Assembly: GCA_004431415.1 (NCBI GenBank)
Contig: QPMI01000010.1
Span: forward strand, 310,001 to 374,000
Direction of reading: 5' to 3'
Length of the DNA: 64,000 nucleotides
Origin: Cyanophora paradoxa CCMP329
Taxonomy: Eukaryota; Plantae; Glaucophyta
Part shown: piece by piece, positions 48,270-59,282 of the stretch
How the letters are laid out: every line of letters begins with the position of its first letter
How positions within the stretch are numbered: the stretch's first letter is position 1
The notes under the pieces: model-generated
What the model was told of the DNA's origin: nothing
The model's input: the letters and a program-made list of their open reading frames with translations, nothing else
Databases searched by the model: none
Position numbers and translations under genes: made by a program

Positions 48270-49831
48270 TTAGAGGAGGACGGACATGCACGTCAGCGCC
48301 CCGTCCGCCTTCTCGAACTGCGGGGTACAGGCTCACTTCGAAGCCGGGAGATGGCCATGGTTGGGGGGGGAGGGGAGGGGGGGGGTAGAAGCCCCTCCGG
48401 CTGGCCGCCGCGTACGCACCTCGGAGACCACGACGGGTACGAGGCGGATGCCGAGCGCCCTGTACACCTCCAGGCTGGGGGTACGGGGCCATCTTAAAAA
48501 GCTCGTGGGCTACCAGAGCCGGTGGGCGGCGAACCTGCGGGGGTAGTGGCCCATGACGACGGCCGCGCCGTCGTGCCTGGGGTACCCCGTTCGCTCGGAT
48601 CGGGGTGGGGGGGGGGGGGGGGCAAAGGAAGAGGGGGGCTGCGGGGCACGGGGCGGCGCACGCGACGCAGTTGCAGGCGGCGACGTCGGGCACCGAGAAG
48701 GCGCGGTACCCCCTCTCCTCGGGGCGCATGACGTCACGCATCGACTGGCCGGTGGCTCCCTGCGGAGCCGAACGCGAGAGCCTTCAGAGGAGAGGGCGGG
48801 GGCCGCGGGGCGGGCGTGCCTCTGCGAACACGAGGACGTCCGGCGCGGCAGCTGTCACGAACGATTTCAGATGCAGTCCCGCCTGAGACGCGGGGTACAC
48901 GGTTGGCAGAATTGGGGGGGGGGGAGTGGCGGGGGGGGGGGCGGGGGGTACCGGCACGGGGACCTCCACGACGGGGGTAGGTGCGAATACGGAGCGAAGG
49001 ACGGCGGCGCCGCGCGCGTTCGTGCGGCTCGAGAGGCCCACGAAGATCTGAGGGGTACGGCCCACGAAGATCCGAGGGGGGGGGTACGGGGGCGAAGGGC
49101 AGGCTGGGGCGCTGACCTCGCGGGGGGTGCAGAGGACATCTCCCCCATCGCAGGTCGCCTGCGGCGCGTCAGCTCAGAAGCATGGGTACCCTCGCAGCCC
49201 AGCGCGGCTGTACCCGTCCGGGCGCGCCTCGGGATCGATGTCGGCCATGCGGAGGAGGCGGAGAGCACCGCCGGAGCGCGCCGCTGCCTCTCGCAGCGCC
49301 GGCTCGATCGCCGCCGCCTCGCCCCTGCGCGGGAGCGCGTGCGCCCGCGCGTGGGTCGACGCTGCGAGGCGCAGCGGCCTCCGAGCCCGACGCGTGCGCA
49401 CTTACGGGATAGGGCGCCAAGCTCGTGGAGCAGGACCGTGCCCCCGTACGCCGTGCACGTGTCCTCCACGAACACCGAGTCCGGGTGCGCGTCGTCCGCT
49501 GGCAGCTCCAGCAGCTGCGCGGCCGGTGCCGAGGCGCGTCAATTCGATCGAAGCGGCGGGCGGTGCGGCGGGCTGCGGGGCTTCACGCCTCTGCATCCGG
49601 CGCGAGCTGTCGCACGGCCTTCACGTATTCCCCGTGCTGCCGCACTGCGACGTCGAAGCTAATCGGCTCCGCCGGCTGCGACGCACGATGCACAGTCAGC
49701 CGCGGCGTGCACGAGGCGGCGACATTGCGGCGGCGAAGAGGGCGTCAGACCTTCTCCATGCATATCGCGTCGATGAGGCGCCTGCTCGGCGCGCGGACGA
49801 CGATGAACCGCACCGGGCCGCCTCCCGTCAT
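48270..49831 (-). CDS. DDAH: Dimethylarginine dimethylaminohydrolase (amidinotransferase superfamily)
   Basis: AVRQHGEYV, ELPADDAHPDSVFVEDT, RRGE, DGGDVL, IFVGLSSRTN, LHLKSFVT, and the C-terminal FEKADGALTCMSVLL* carrying the catalytic Cys. Confidence 0.9.
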
Positions 49832-50560
49832 CTTGAGCCGCCACTTCGTGCCGATTCTCGTTGACTTCACGCAACCGAGCAACTCACAAACGCAGCTGCA
49901 GGCCTAGGCTGCAAACCTTATCGACGGGTACGGTAGCAGGCTAGTTGCACTGTACCCCCCGATTAAGTCGAAGAAGTAAGCCCTCCGAACTACGTGTCGG
50001 GATTTCGGCGCCGGCGCCGCCGGGTGCGAAATGAGCGCGAATTCGCATCTCGTGGTCACGCGGGCATGTTCGGCGCCGATTTTAGCGCTGCAGTACCTGG
50101 AGCAGCTCACGATCTAGTCTAGACTCTAGAGAGCTCTTAGAGCAGGCCAGGATTCGCGCGTCCCAACATCACTCGATCGGGCGAAGATAGGGTGACGCCT
50201 TAGCTTAGCTTAGCGACGTCGACAGCAAGCATCGGTGCAGCGCGCAGCTAGCGCTGCTGCAGCCGCTGAGCTCACGCTGCCTCGAGCTCGACAAGGCCGA
50301 TCGCGAACGCGCCATGCCGGTCTCGATGAAACGACGCACCTCGAATCCCACAGAGAGCCCCGCGCGCCAGACGCTCGGCCTCGCCCTACGCTTGCTCTGC
50401 GCGGCAACGGGGCTTGGTGCGCCCCGCCGCCGGCCGACGCTTGCCGACCTCTAGATCTCCTGGATCTTGCAGCTGACGCCTGCGAGCGCAGCGGCCGGGG
50501 CGGCGGCGCACGGCCACGAGCACCAGCGCGGGTCGACGGCAGCACACACGCGGGCCGAGG

Positions 50561-53500
50561 ATGTCGGCGCGAGCGCCGCGGACGGTGCAAGCGGCTCTGC
50601 CAGCGTCGACTACGAACCCTACGACCCGCCCCCGTGCGCCCACGCATCCTCTGGCTTCGCCTGTCCCTCTCCCTGCAGCTGGCCCCTCTGATCATGACGT
50701 GACCCGCGGCGTGCGCACTCTCAGGTACGCCTACGCCGTCCTTGCCGGCTGCGTGGCGATCGCCCTCATCGCCGGCGCCTTCCTCGCCAACTCCAGAGTG
50801 CGTTGTTCCCTCCTCCGATCCCGGCGCCCACCCCGCGCCAGCCCTGACGCCTTTCCCCGCGCGGCCGCAGCTGCAGCTCACGTCCTGGGGCCAGTTCCTG
50901 TACCACAAGACGGTACCCCCCGCCCCGAACCGGCCCGTCCTTCCTTCTAACTCGCCGCCCTCGCGCCCTCGCAGCTGGCGCCCCCCCCGCGGCGCCGCGC
51001 GTGGCGTCGCCTCCTCGGCCCCGTCGCCGAGCTCACGTGCGTCCCCGCTCCTGTACCCCCCTCCGCCGGACCCGACCGGGGTAAGCAGTTACGGCGAGGC
51101 GGCGGCGCTGCTGCTCTTCTTCGGCACCTGCGCGGCCTACGGCGTCTACTACTATGAGAACGCCATGGCGCGCCCCGTACCCCCCCCCCCGCTCGCCCTC
51201 TACCCCCCCCCTGACCTCGATTCTAGATCCCCCACCCGATGGCCCGCACCGCGCACGCCTTCGCGGGCGTGGGGTACGTCACCATGGCCGCCGCCCTCCT
51301 CCCGGGTACGCCCCCCTTCTTCCACCTCTACCCCCCTCTAGATCTACGCCCCTCTGATTATCATGATCAATCAGTGTCGCGGAACTCGCTGTGGCTGCGG
51401 GCGCTCGGCCTGCCGCTCGAGCGGGCGCTGAAGTACCACCGCTGGACGGCCGAGCTCTTCGTGTTCGCGATATGGGCCCACGGCCTCCTCGTCGCCCTCT
51501 ACGTCGCCGCCGTCGCCAAGGCCCCCGCCGGCTCCGACTCGCCCCTCCTCCAATGGTGCGCCCGCCCGCTCGCACTGCGCCGGCACTATATGATCTAATT
51601 ATATAAGATGCCAAGCAATGCTCCAGTGGTCTATGTAAGACTATGTAGGATATAAGACTAAAAGTGGTCCTGCTATCTGCGATATAAGACTCGCCCCTCC
51701 TCCAGTGGTGCGTTTGATTATATCTATATGATCTAATTATATTATATAAGATGCCAAGAGGATATAAGACTACAAGTGGTCCATGCAATCCATGATTTTA
51801 TTCCGGTGTCCGGTCCAACTCGATTTTATTTAAATTTCCTCGAGCTTATCGCTCGCTCCGTACCTAATCTCTCTTCGTTCGCAGGCGGCTGAACTCGCAC
51901 TTCGTGTCGGACGCGGCGGGCCTGGCCGCCGGGCTCGGATTCGTCCTCATCGCCGCCCTCTCCGCCATCGCCGTGCGCGGATCGACTTCTTCTTCCTCCA
52001 AGCGCGGGCTAACTGAAGCTTAAAGCTTAAATACAAAGCTTAAAGCTTAAATGCTTAAAGCTTAAATACAAAGCTTAAAGCTTAAATGCTTAAAGCTTAA
52101 ATACAAAGCTTAAAGCTTAAATGCTTAAAGCTTAAATACAAAGCTTAAAGCTTAAATGCTTAAAGCTTAAATACAAAGCTAAAAGCTTAAATGCGCTTAA
52201 ATGCGTCGACTTCTTCCTTCTAAGGGCTAACCAAAGCACGACCGCAGGTCCGGCGCTCGCGCTTCGAGCTCTTCTACTACGCCCACCACCTCTTCGTCCC
52301 CTCCGTCGCCCTCACCATCGCCCACACGCCCAAGGGGTACGTACCTACGGCGCGGTTCCGGGCTGTACACTTCTCAGGCCGTTCTCACGCCGGCGCCGGC
52401 GGTGCGCAGGTGGCCCTACGTGGTACCCGGCGCCGGCCTCTGGCTCGTAGACAAGGCCTGGCGCATCTGGGAGTGCGCCGAACCCGTACCCCCGCGTCGC
52501 CTCGGCCCCCCCCACGCTTACGCGCCGGTACCCCCGCAGCTCGCGGTGCCGGGGTACGCGCCTGCTCTCCCTCTCCCTCGTCGGGGGCCTCGTACGCCTC
52601 GAGGCCGCCAAGCGCGAGTTCTCGTACGCCCCCGCGTCTTCCCCCCCCCCCTCCCCCGGTACCCAGCACAGACCGACCCCCCTCCCCCACGCCCCACGTT
52701 TCAGGGTACGGCGCCCCGGGCAGTACATCTTCCTCTGCGTACCCTCCATCGCCCCTCTCCAGTGGCACCCCTTCTCGTGCGTACCCCCATCCTTTCTTCT
52801 TTCAGCCCCCGCCCCCCCCCCCCCCCCCCCCCCACCCCGCGCGCCTCCCCCGCCCGGCCTGCGCCCACGCTCGGGGTACGCCCGCAGGCTCAGCAGCGCC
52901 CCCGCCCCGTGCCTCGCCGGGACCGAGGGCCGCTTCACCCTCCACGTGCGCGTACCGCCCTTCCCGCCCTTTCCGACCCTCCGATGACCCTGTACCCCCC
53001 GCCAGATCCGCCCCCTGGCCCCGCACACGTTCACGGGGCACCTGAAGGCCCTCGCCGAGCGGCCCGCCGGCGAGCCCCTCCCCGTGCGAAACACCCTACC
53101 CCCCCCGCTACCTCTCCCCGGCCTGACAGCCCGCCTCGCCCCGCGCTGCTTCGCCCCCGCAGGAGATCCTCGTCGAGGTGCGAAGAACAAACCGCCTTTG
53201 CTTTTGCACCGCCGTCGACGGGCCGCGTCTGATCGCCTCCGGCGGGGGCACGGCAGGGGCCGTACGGGCGCGTCAGCGTGGACCTCACCGTGCAGGAGAC
53301 CGTCGTCCTCGTCGCCGGCGGCGTCGGTCCGTGTATCAGATCAGATCAGATCGGATCTGATCTGATCTGACGCCGAGCCCTACTCGCGATCAGGCGTGAC
53401 GCCGATGCTGTCGACGCTGGGGTACCTCGCGGCGGCGCGCCCGGCGGCCCTCCGCCGCGTCCGCTTCTGCTGGACCGTCCAGGACGAGTCTCCCCTCGAG

Positions 53501-55054
53501 GCGCGCCCAACCTCCCTCCGGATCGCTTTCGAAGCCTGCGCTGACGAGCGTACCCGCGCGCAGGCGACGGGCGGCGCGCTGCGGGCGGCCGCGGCGGCGC
53601 TGGCCTCGGCCGGCGTCGAGTGCGACATCTCGGTCCACTGCACGCGACCCCGCGCCAAGGGCGGCCAAGCCCCGGCCCGCGCGGAGGACGCCGTACCCCC
53701 CCGCATCGTGAAGGCGAGTCGAAGCTCGCACTGTGACCCTTCCTTCTCCTTTTCTAACCGGGGGGTACAGGTGGTGGACCTCTCGGCCCAGGCGCCAGTC
53801 CCCGTACCCCTTTCGAAGGCTCCCTCGCGGAAGGGCCCCGTACCCCCCGTCCTCTCTCTCGCCTCCTTTGCGGTAGCCCCCCTCGAGAGGTACGACGCGC
53901 GTCCCCTCGTCCTATCCAGACTCGGATCCGGACCCGTCTGACTTGGCGCTTCGTTCGCAGACTGGGCAGCGCGCTTGTGCGGGCGGGCAGCGGCTTTGCG
54001 CACGCCGGCAGCGGGATCGTCCACGCGTGCGCTCGCCCCTCTCTCTTCCTCCTCCCTCGCTCGCTTCTTCCTTAGGCTCCGCCCCGCAGGATCGCTCGGA
54101 TGGGGTCGGCCGCGTTGCCGATCCCCGAGGACGCGTTCGAGGGGGAGGACCCTTCGTCCACCCGTTCCTCCTCCGCCTCGGGCGACTCGAGCGAGGGCGA
54201 GGGGGGGGGCGAGGCCAGGGCGGCTGGACCGCGGCTCAAGGCCCCCGCGCGCCTCGGCTCGGGCGCGCTCGTCTCTGCCGACTCCGCCGCCGGCGCCCTC
54301 TCGCGCTCCCGCTGCAACTCGGTCCGCCCCGTACCCCCCGCCCCCCGCTTCCCCCCACCGCCCCTCACGTCCCCTCAGGCGCTCCGGCGGCGCGGGAGCG
54401 TGCACCGGGCGGCCCCCGAGGGCGAACCCCTGATCGAGGAGCTCCCCACCCCCCGCCTAGAATCCGTACCCGCCGTCTCGATGCTCTCCCTTGTACCCGG
54501 CGGGCCCGTCTCCTCCCATGACGTCGCCGCCGCCCTCGCCCGCGTCGACCTCGTGCGCCCGTACCCCCCTCTCCTTCCTCCCCCCGGCTAATTATATGAC
54601 CGCTGCCTCTGCGCCAGGACCTGTTGTCAGACTCGTCGTCCTCCAATCGCGAAGGACCCGCCGCCGCGAGCCTCGATCTCGCTACCCCGGCGGCGAAGCC
54701 GTTCTACCCCCCCACGGCCGGCAAGGGCACCGAAGCGGACCCCGTCCGAGTGCTCCACGGCCGCCCCGTCCTCCCCGGTGCGCCTGTACCCCCACATGCA
54801 TCGCGGCGCCCTCTAGATCTGACGGAGGCGGGGGCGGGGGTACAGAGGTGATGGCGGCGGCGCGGGACGCGACGCGGGCGCCTTTCATGGCCGTCCTCAC
54901 CTGCGGCCCCGTGCGCCTGTACCCCCCGCATCCGAGCTCACCTGAGCTCACCTGAGCTCAGACGGCTCTGATGGCGGACGCGGAGCGGGCGGCGCGCGGG
55001 GCGGAGGACGGGCGCCTCGCCGTCCACTTCCACCGCGAGACCTTCCAGTTCTAG
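50561..55054 (+). CDS. Ferric-chelate reductase (FRE/FRO, flavocytochrome b family)
   Basis: Haem His pairs KYHRW..WAHG and YAHH..IAH; FAD motifs PGQYIFL and QWHPFS; NADPH motifs E|GPYG and LVAGGV|GVTP; TCGP; C-terminal FHRETFQF*. Confidence 0.93.
52017..52203. repeat. AT-rich 35-bp higher-order tandem repeat built from AAAGCTT, about 5 copies, in a ferric reductase intron
   Basis: Unit AAAGCTTAAATACAAAGCTTAAAGCTTAAATGCTT. Confidence 0.92.
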
Positions 55055-55450
55055 GCGGGGCTAGCTCTAGGCTAGGCCCTGGCTTTCGGGCCCTGGCTTT
55101 TTGGCCATGGCTCTTTGGCCCTGTTGGCCCTGTTACTAGGCCCTAGGGCCTGGCGCTCTGTTTCCAAGTGTCTCTTTGATATGCGACTTCGCGAGACCTT
55201 CGAATTCTAGGCGGGGCTAGCTCTAGGCTAGGCCCTGGCTTTTTGTTGTTAGAATGGAGCGAGGCCTAGTAGCCTAGTAGGCGAGACCTTCCAGTTCTAG
55301 GCGGGGCTAGGCCGGGTATACGTAGTAGGCCCTGGCGCTTTGTCTACAAGCACAGGCCCAGCATTCATTCTTCTTTGAATTAATATATCCTTCGTTCTTT
55401 GACATCCGACTTCGCGAGATCTTCCAGTTCTAGGCTGGGCTAGGCCCTGG
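55035..55450 (+). repeat. Four direct copies of the ferric reductase last codons, stop and proximal 3' UTR
   Basis: GCGAGACCTTCCAGTTCTAGGCGGGGCTAG at ~55035, with variants at ~55191, ~55281 and ~55414. Confidence 0.85.
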
Positions 55451-56589
55451 CGCGCTCTCCCTCCCTCTTTGTTATGAAGCACAGGCCCAGCATATATGCA
55501 TTCTGCTTTGACTTCTCCATTCTTTGATTTGATTTACGCTGAAGCCTAAAGGCCGACGAATCGTCTCCAGAATATAATATGCGCCGGTCCTCATGATCAG
55601 GGCCTGTAGCAGACTACTAGCAGTGACCGCGGCATCATGGCATGGTGATCTGCACCAGCCTGCACGGTCCGAGATGCATATGCCCGCTTGCTGGTTCGTT
55701 GAAAATCATTGAATGTGGCCGTGTAAATATATATAATTTAGTTTGCATTTGCGCGGCGGATGACACTACGTATACGTATACGCTCTCCAGCTTTACTATA
55801 GCTAGGTTACAGGCTTACAGCCTGGCAGTTCGAAATTCACAGGCTCATATGCATGCATGCGCAATACATGAGTCCAGCAGTCCAGCAGTCCGACGGTCTC
55901 CAGCTTCATGCCAACCGTTAAACCGGTACCACTTGCCGTGCAATTTTTGCAAGGCCTATCATAGTATAGGCTGTATAGCTAGGGTCCGAGGCTACTATAG
56001 CTAGCTACTAGGCTATAGCTATAGGCTAGGGATATGTCACGGTCGTGCGCATATGCAGCAATGTACTACTAGTCTTGGCGAAATTGGCGGAATTGTTGGC
56101 GAAACTCGGTAGTTAGCTATAGATATCCTACCCTTAATATCACTAGTACTAGTAGATTCACTACCTGCGGCCCAGGCTACGGGGGTACCGGGGGGGGTTC
56201 GCCAACTTCGCCCCACCGTAGTCTCTAAAAAAAAAAGATATCCGATCATCGGATGATCCTTCAATTGAAGGCTTTGCGAAATTCGGCGGACCGGTACCGA
56301 ATTTTCAAGTTTCGGCCTGGCGGCGGCTGGCGCCGGCAAGTTCGCCAGCAACCCTAAGTGGCATGCGCACTGTGGCTGACGCTCGGACGTACCGGAAATT
56401 GGTCCGGAATCCCCCAGCCTCCTGGGAGTCCTGGCGTGCCGGCGGTTTTTTTAATATTAAAATCTACCGAGTATCTTAGCCACTTCGCAACGGCCTACTA
56501 GTAGCAGCCTACTAGCAGGCTGCACCGGTACCGGCTGAGAGCCATGCCATGCAAATTGATGCAATGCAATGCAATGCCACTGGGCCATA

Positions 56590-56848
56590 CCGTAAAACAC
56601 TTAAGTAATGCGCCGGTAAGTAATGCGTTTTTGGGCCCGGACCCCCAGTACGGTTAATTATGCGCCCCCGAATTAATACGTTTTGAAGCCTTCTGGCTGC
56701 ATGAGGGGGGTACATACCGCAGTTTTCTTAGCGCGGGCTTAGCGCTTCGATATTAATGCGCCCCCAAATTAATGCGTTTTGCCAGCGGAAAACGCATTAT
56801 TTCGGGACCGCATTACTTAAGTGCCCGCATTACTTAAGTGTTTTAAGG
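56590..56848 (+). mobile_element. TA-flanked MITE, family A copy 1 (259 bp)
   Basis: TA-CCGTAAAACACTTAAGTAATGCG ... CGCATTACTTAAGTGTTTTAAGG-TA; internal TAATGCG repeats. Confidence 0.9.
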
Positions 56849-57079
56849 TACACGACTCAGCAGTGTCAGCCTGCCAGGGCCTGGCAGCACTGAGCCCCTG
56901 AGTCAGCAGGCTGACAGCAGCACGCGTACGAGTCCGACGTCTCAGCCTGGCAGACTCTCAGAGTCTCTGCAATGCCGCAGACATGGACAGGTCCGCATGG
57001 CAGCGCATGCGCATGCAGACTCTGCCAGACTGATGATGCAGTGGGTGCCAGTGGCACTGTGGCAGCAGTGCGGTAATTA

Positions 57080-57340
57080 CTGTAAAACATGAAATCTCCG
57101 GCGGCACTTAATATATATTCGGCGCTATTCAATGATTCGGCATAGCCTCGCGACGCCGAATATTTGAAACTGCCAGAATTGTGCAGATGTATGGCAGAAG
57201 AGGGATCAATGTACCCGCCACCTAGGCGGACTTGCTGTGTTGCCGAAAATATGATGCTGACGAACCACAATTTCGGCGCATTTTTCGGGTTTTGCCGAAA
57301 TAAAGTGACGCTCAGCGGCTGGATATTGCATGTTTTACAG
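57080..57340. mobile_element. MITE related to the 40986-41223 element
   Basis: TA-CTGTAAAACATGAAATCTCC ... GGATATTGCATGTTTTACAG; shares the internal TTTTCGGGTTTTG-CGAA-TAAAGTG and TGTATGG..GAGGGG motifs. Confidence 0.8.
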
Positions 57341-57706
57341 AGTCCTAGTACTGTCCTACTACTTAGTAGGTAGAAGCCAATGCTAGCCATTGATATCCGA
57401 TCGAAGTTCTAGAGTCTAGAGTCTAGAGCCTCGGAGTCTAGACTCAGTGTGACTGACACTGTCTGACAGATCTCGAGTCTCGACGCGTGAGTCACGACTC
57501 GGAGTCAGTCTACCGACTCAACATTAAATATTAATGGGGACTCGTTCAATGATTGGGGAGTCATTAATATTGGGGAATTTGGGGTCCACTTAGTTCCATT
57601 TTGGGGACCGTCCGAGCTTGGCTGCTTGGGGCCTTGGCCGTGTGACCGTCGGACCGTCGGACCCGCGTCCCGGAGTCCCAGACTCCCAGTCTGATACAGT
57701 GATGAC

Positions 57707-58169
57707 TAGAGCTGCGGCTCGAGCTCAAAACCCCCGGCTCGAGCCAGCTCGAGCCGGCCCGCTCCAGCCTCGAGCCAGCTCGAGCCGGGCTCGAGCCGAC
57801 CTACGGGGAGGGGTACCCCAGCCCCGGACTTAGGCGTGCAGAGAAACCATGATCTCTAGCTCGTGCGGACATGCTAAATGCGTGTAATATCAGAGAATAG
57901 CCTGTATTTGATGACTCGGGACCGCGACACGCGCTGGAAACGAGCTGTTTACGTCAGAGGCCGCCTCTCGCCCCCCCGGCTCGAGCCCTGGCTGGCCGGC
58001 TCGACCTAGCTCGCCCCCCTGGCTCGAGCCAGACATTCCCTCTCGGCTCGAGCCGCCGGCTCGAGCGAGCCGCGCATCGCCACGAGCCGGCTCGAGCCGG
58101 GGAAAGGGTCGGCTCGAGCCGGGCTCGCTCGAGCCAGGCTCGCTCGAGCCGAAGCTCTCTGCTGCTCTA
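57707..58169. mobile_element. Non-autonomous hAT-type element (463 bp)
   Basis: Ends TAGAGCTGC / GCTGCTCTA; perfect 8-bp TSD GTGATGAC (57699-57706, 58170-58177); many palindromic GGCTCGAGCC subterminal repeats. Confidence 0.88.
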
Positions 58170-58610
58170 GTGATGACTCTGATCCGATGATCGGATCTTG
58201 CCGCAGTGCCAATGTGCTTGCATTAGACTTGCAATTGCCAAGTTAGCCTAGTAGCCCAGTGGGGATTCACTGGGGAAGTTGCCAAGTTGGTGTCACTCAC
58301 AGTGTGTGACTCACTTGAACTCGGAAGTTGACTCGAACTTCGGACCCGGGAACCAACCGGTACCGTGTTGACGACAGTGTTGCTGACTCAGTGACGTCAC
58401 CGTGGCACGACACAGTGTAACGCGATCGGACCCGGGAGTCTGTGACACTGTGACACTGACACACTGTGAGTCTGTGTCACTCGATTCTGTTACAATTGCA
58501 ACTTGCAAGTTGTCTGACTCAGTGATTGTTGCCAGTTGTCACAATTGCACGACTCATGATCACAATTAATATTGCAAGTTAAAAGAGTCACATGCAACCT
58601 ACTACCGGTA

Positions 58611-58883
58611 CCGTAAAAGTAAGTAATGCGGGCACTTAAGTAATGCGGTCCCGAAATAATGCGTTTTCCGCTGGCAAAACGCATTAATTTGGGGGCGCAT
58701 TATTAATATCGAAGCGCTAAGCCCGCGCTAAGAAAACTGCGGTATGTACCCCCCTCACGCACTGCGGCAGCCAGAAGGCTTCAAAACGTATTAATTCGGG
58801 GGCGCATAATTAACCGTACTGGGGGTACCGGTCCGGGTCCAAAAACGCAGTACTTACCGGCGCATTACTTAAGTGTTTTACGG
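58611..58883 (-). mobile_element. TA-flanked MITE, family A copy 2 (inverted relative to copy 1)
   Basis: Near-identical reverse complement of 56590-56848, with TA on both sides. Confidence 0.9.
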
Positions 58884-59282
58884 TAGGCTAACTTAGTAGT
58901 AACAACCGCGTGAACTTGTCAGCATTGACGTCCGAGTCGAGTCAGTCGGAGTCACTGAGTCGTCGACGGCCGGCATGCCCGTCGGACCGCGGCGCCCGGC
59001 GGCCGAGACCGGCCGCTCGGCTACCGGTATACGTTTAGCCTGTACATGTAAATGCTGTATAGCCCTTTAGCTAGCCTCTATACTATGATAGCTAGGCTCT
59101 AGGCGGCTAGGCTCCTTGCAAATTGCAATTGTTATAGCAGCACTGTGGCACGGTGACGCAACGCCGGGCGCCTAGGCCTGCGCCGCCACGGTGACATTTC
59201 CCCTTGGTACGCAACTTGCAATTGGCAAGCTTCGATGTCGCAACGGTCGCGCACGCGTGCACGGCCCGCGGTCACAGCGGCC

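Noticed and set aside
43077-55054. Iron-metabolism cluster (ygfZ plus ferric reductase)
   Set aside because: Different compartments, separated by DDAH, with no shared regulatory evidence.
56027-56356. hAT-like element (TAGGG...CCCTA with GGCGAA repeats)
   Set aside because: The right end is plausible, but there is no matching left TIR or TSD; at best a fragment.
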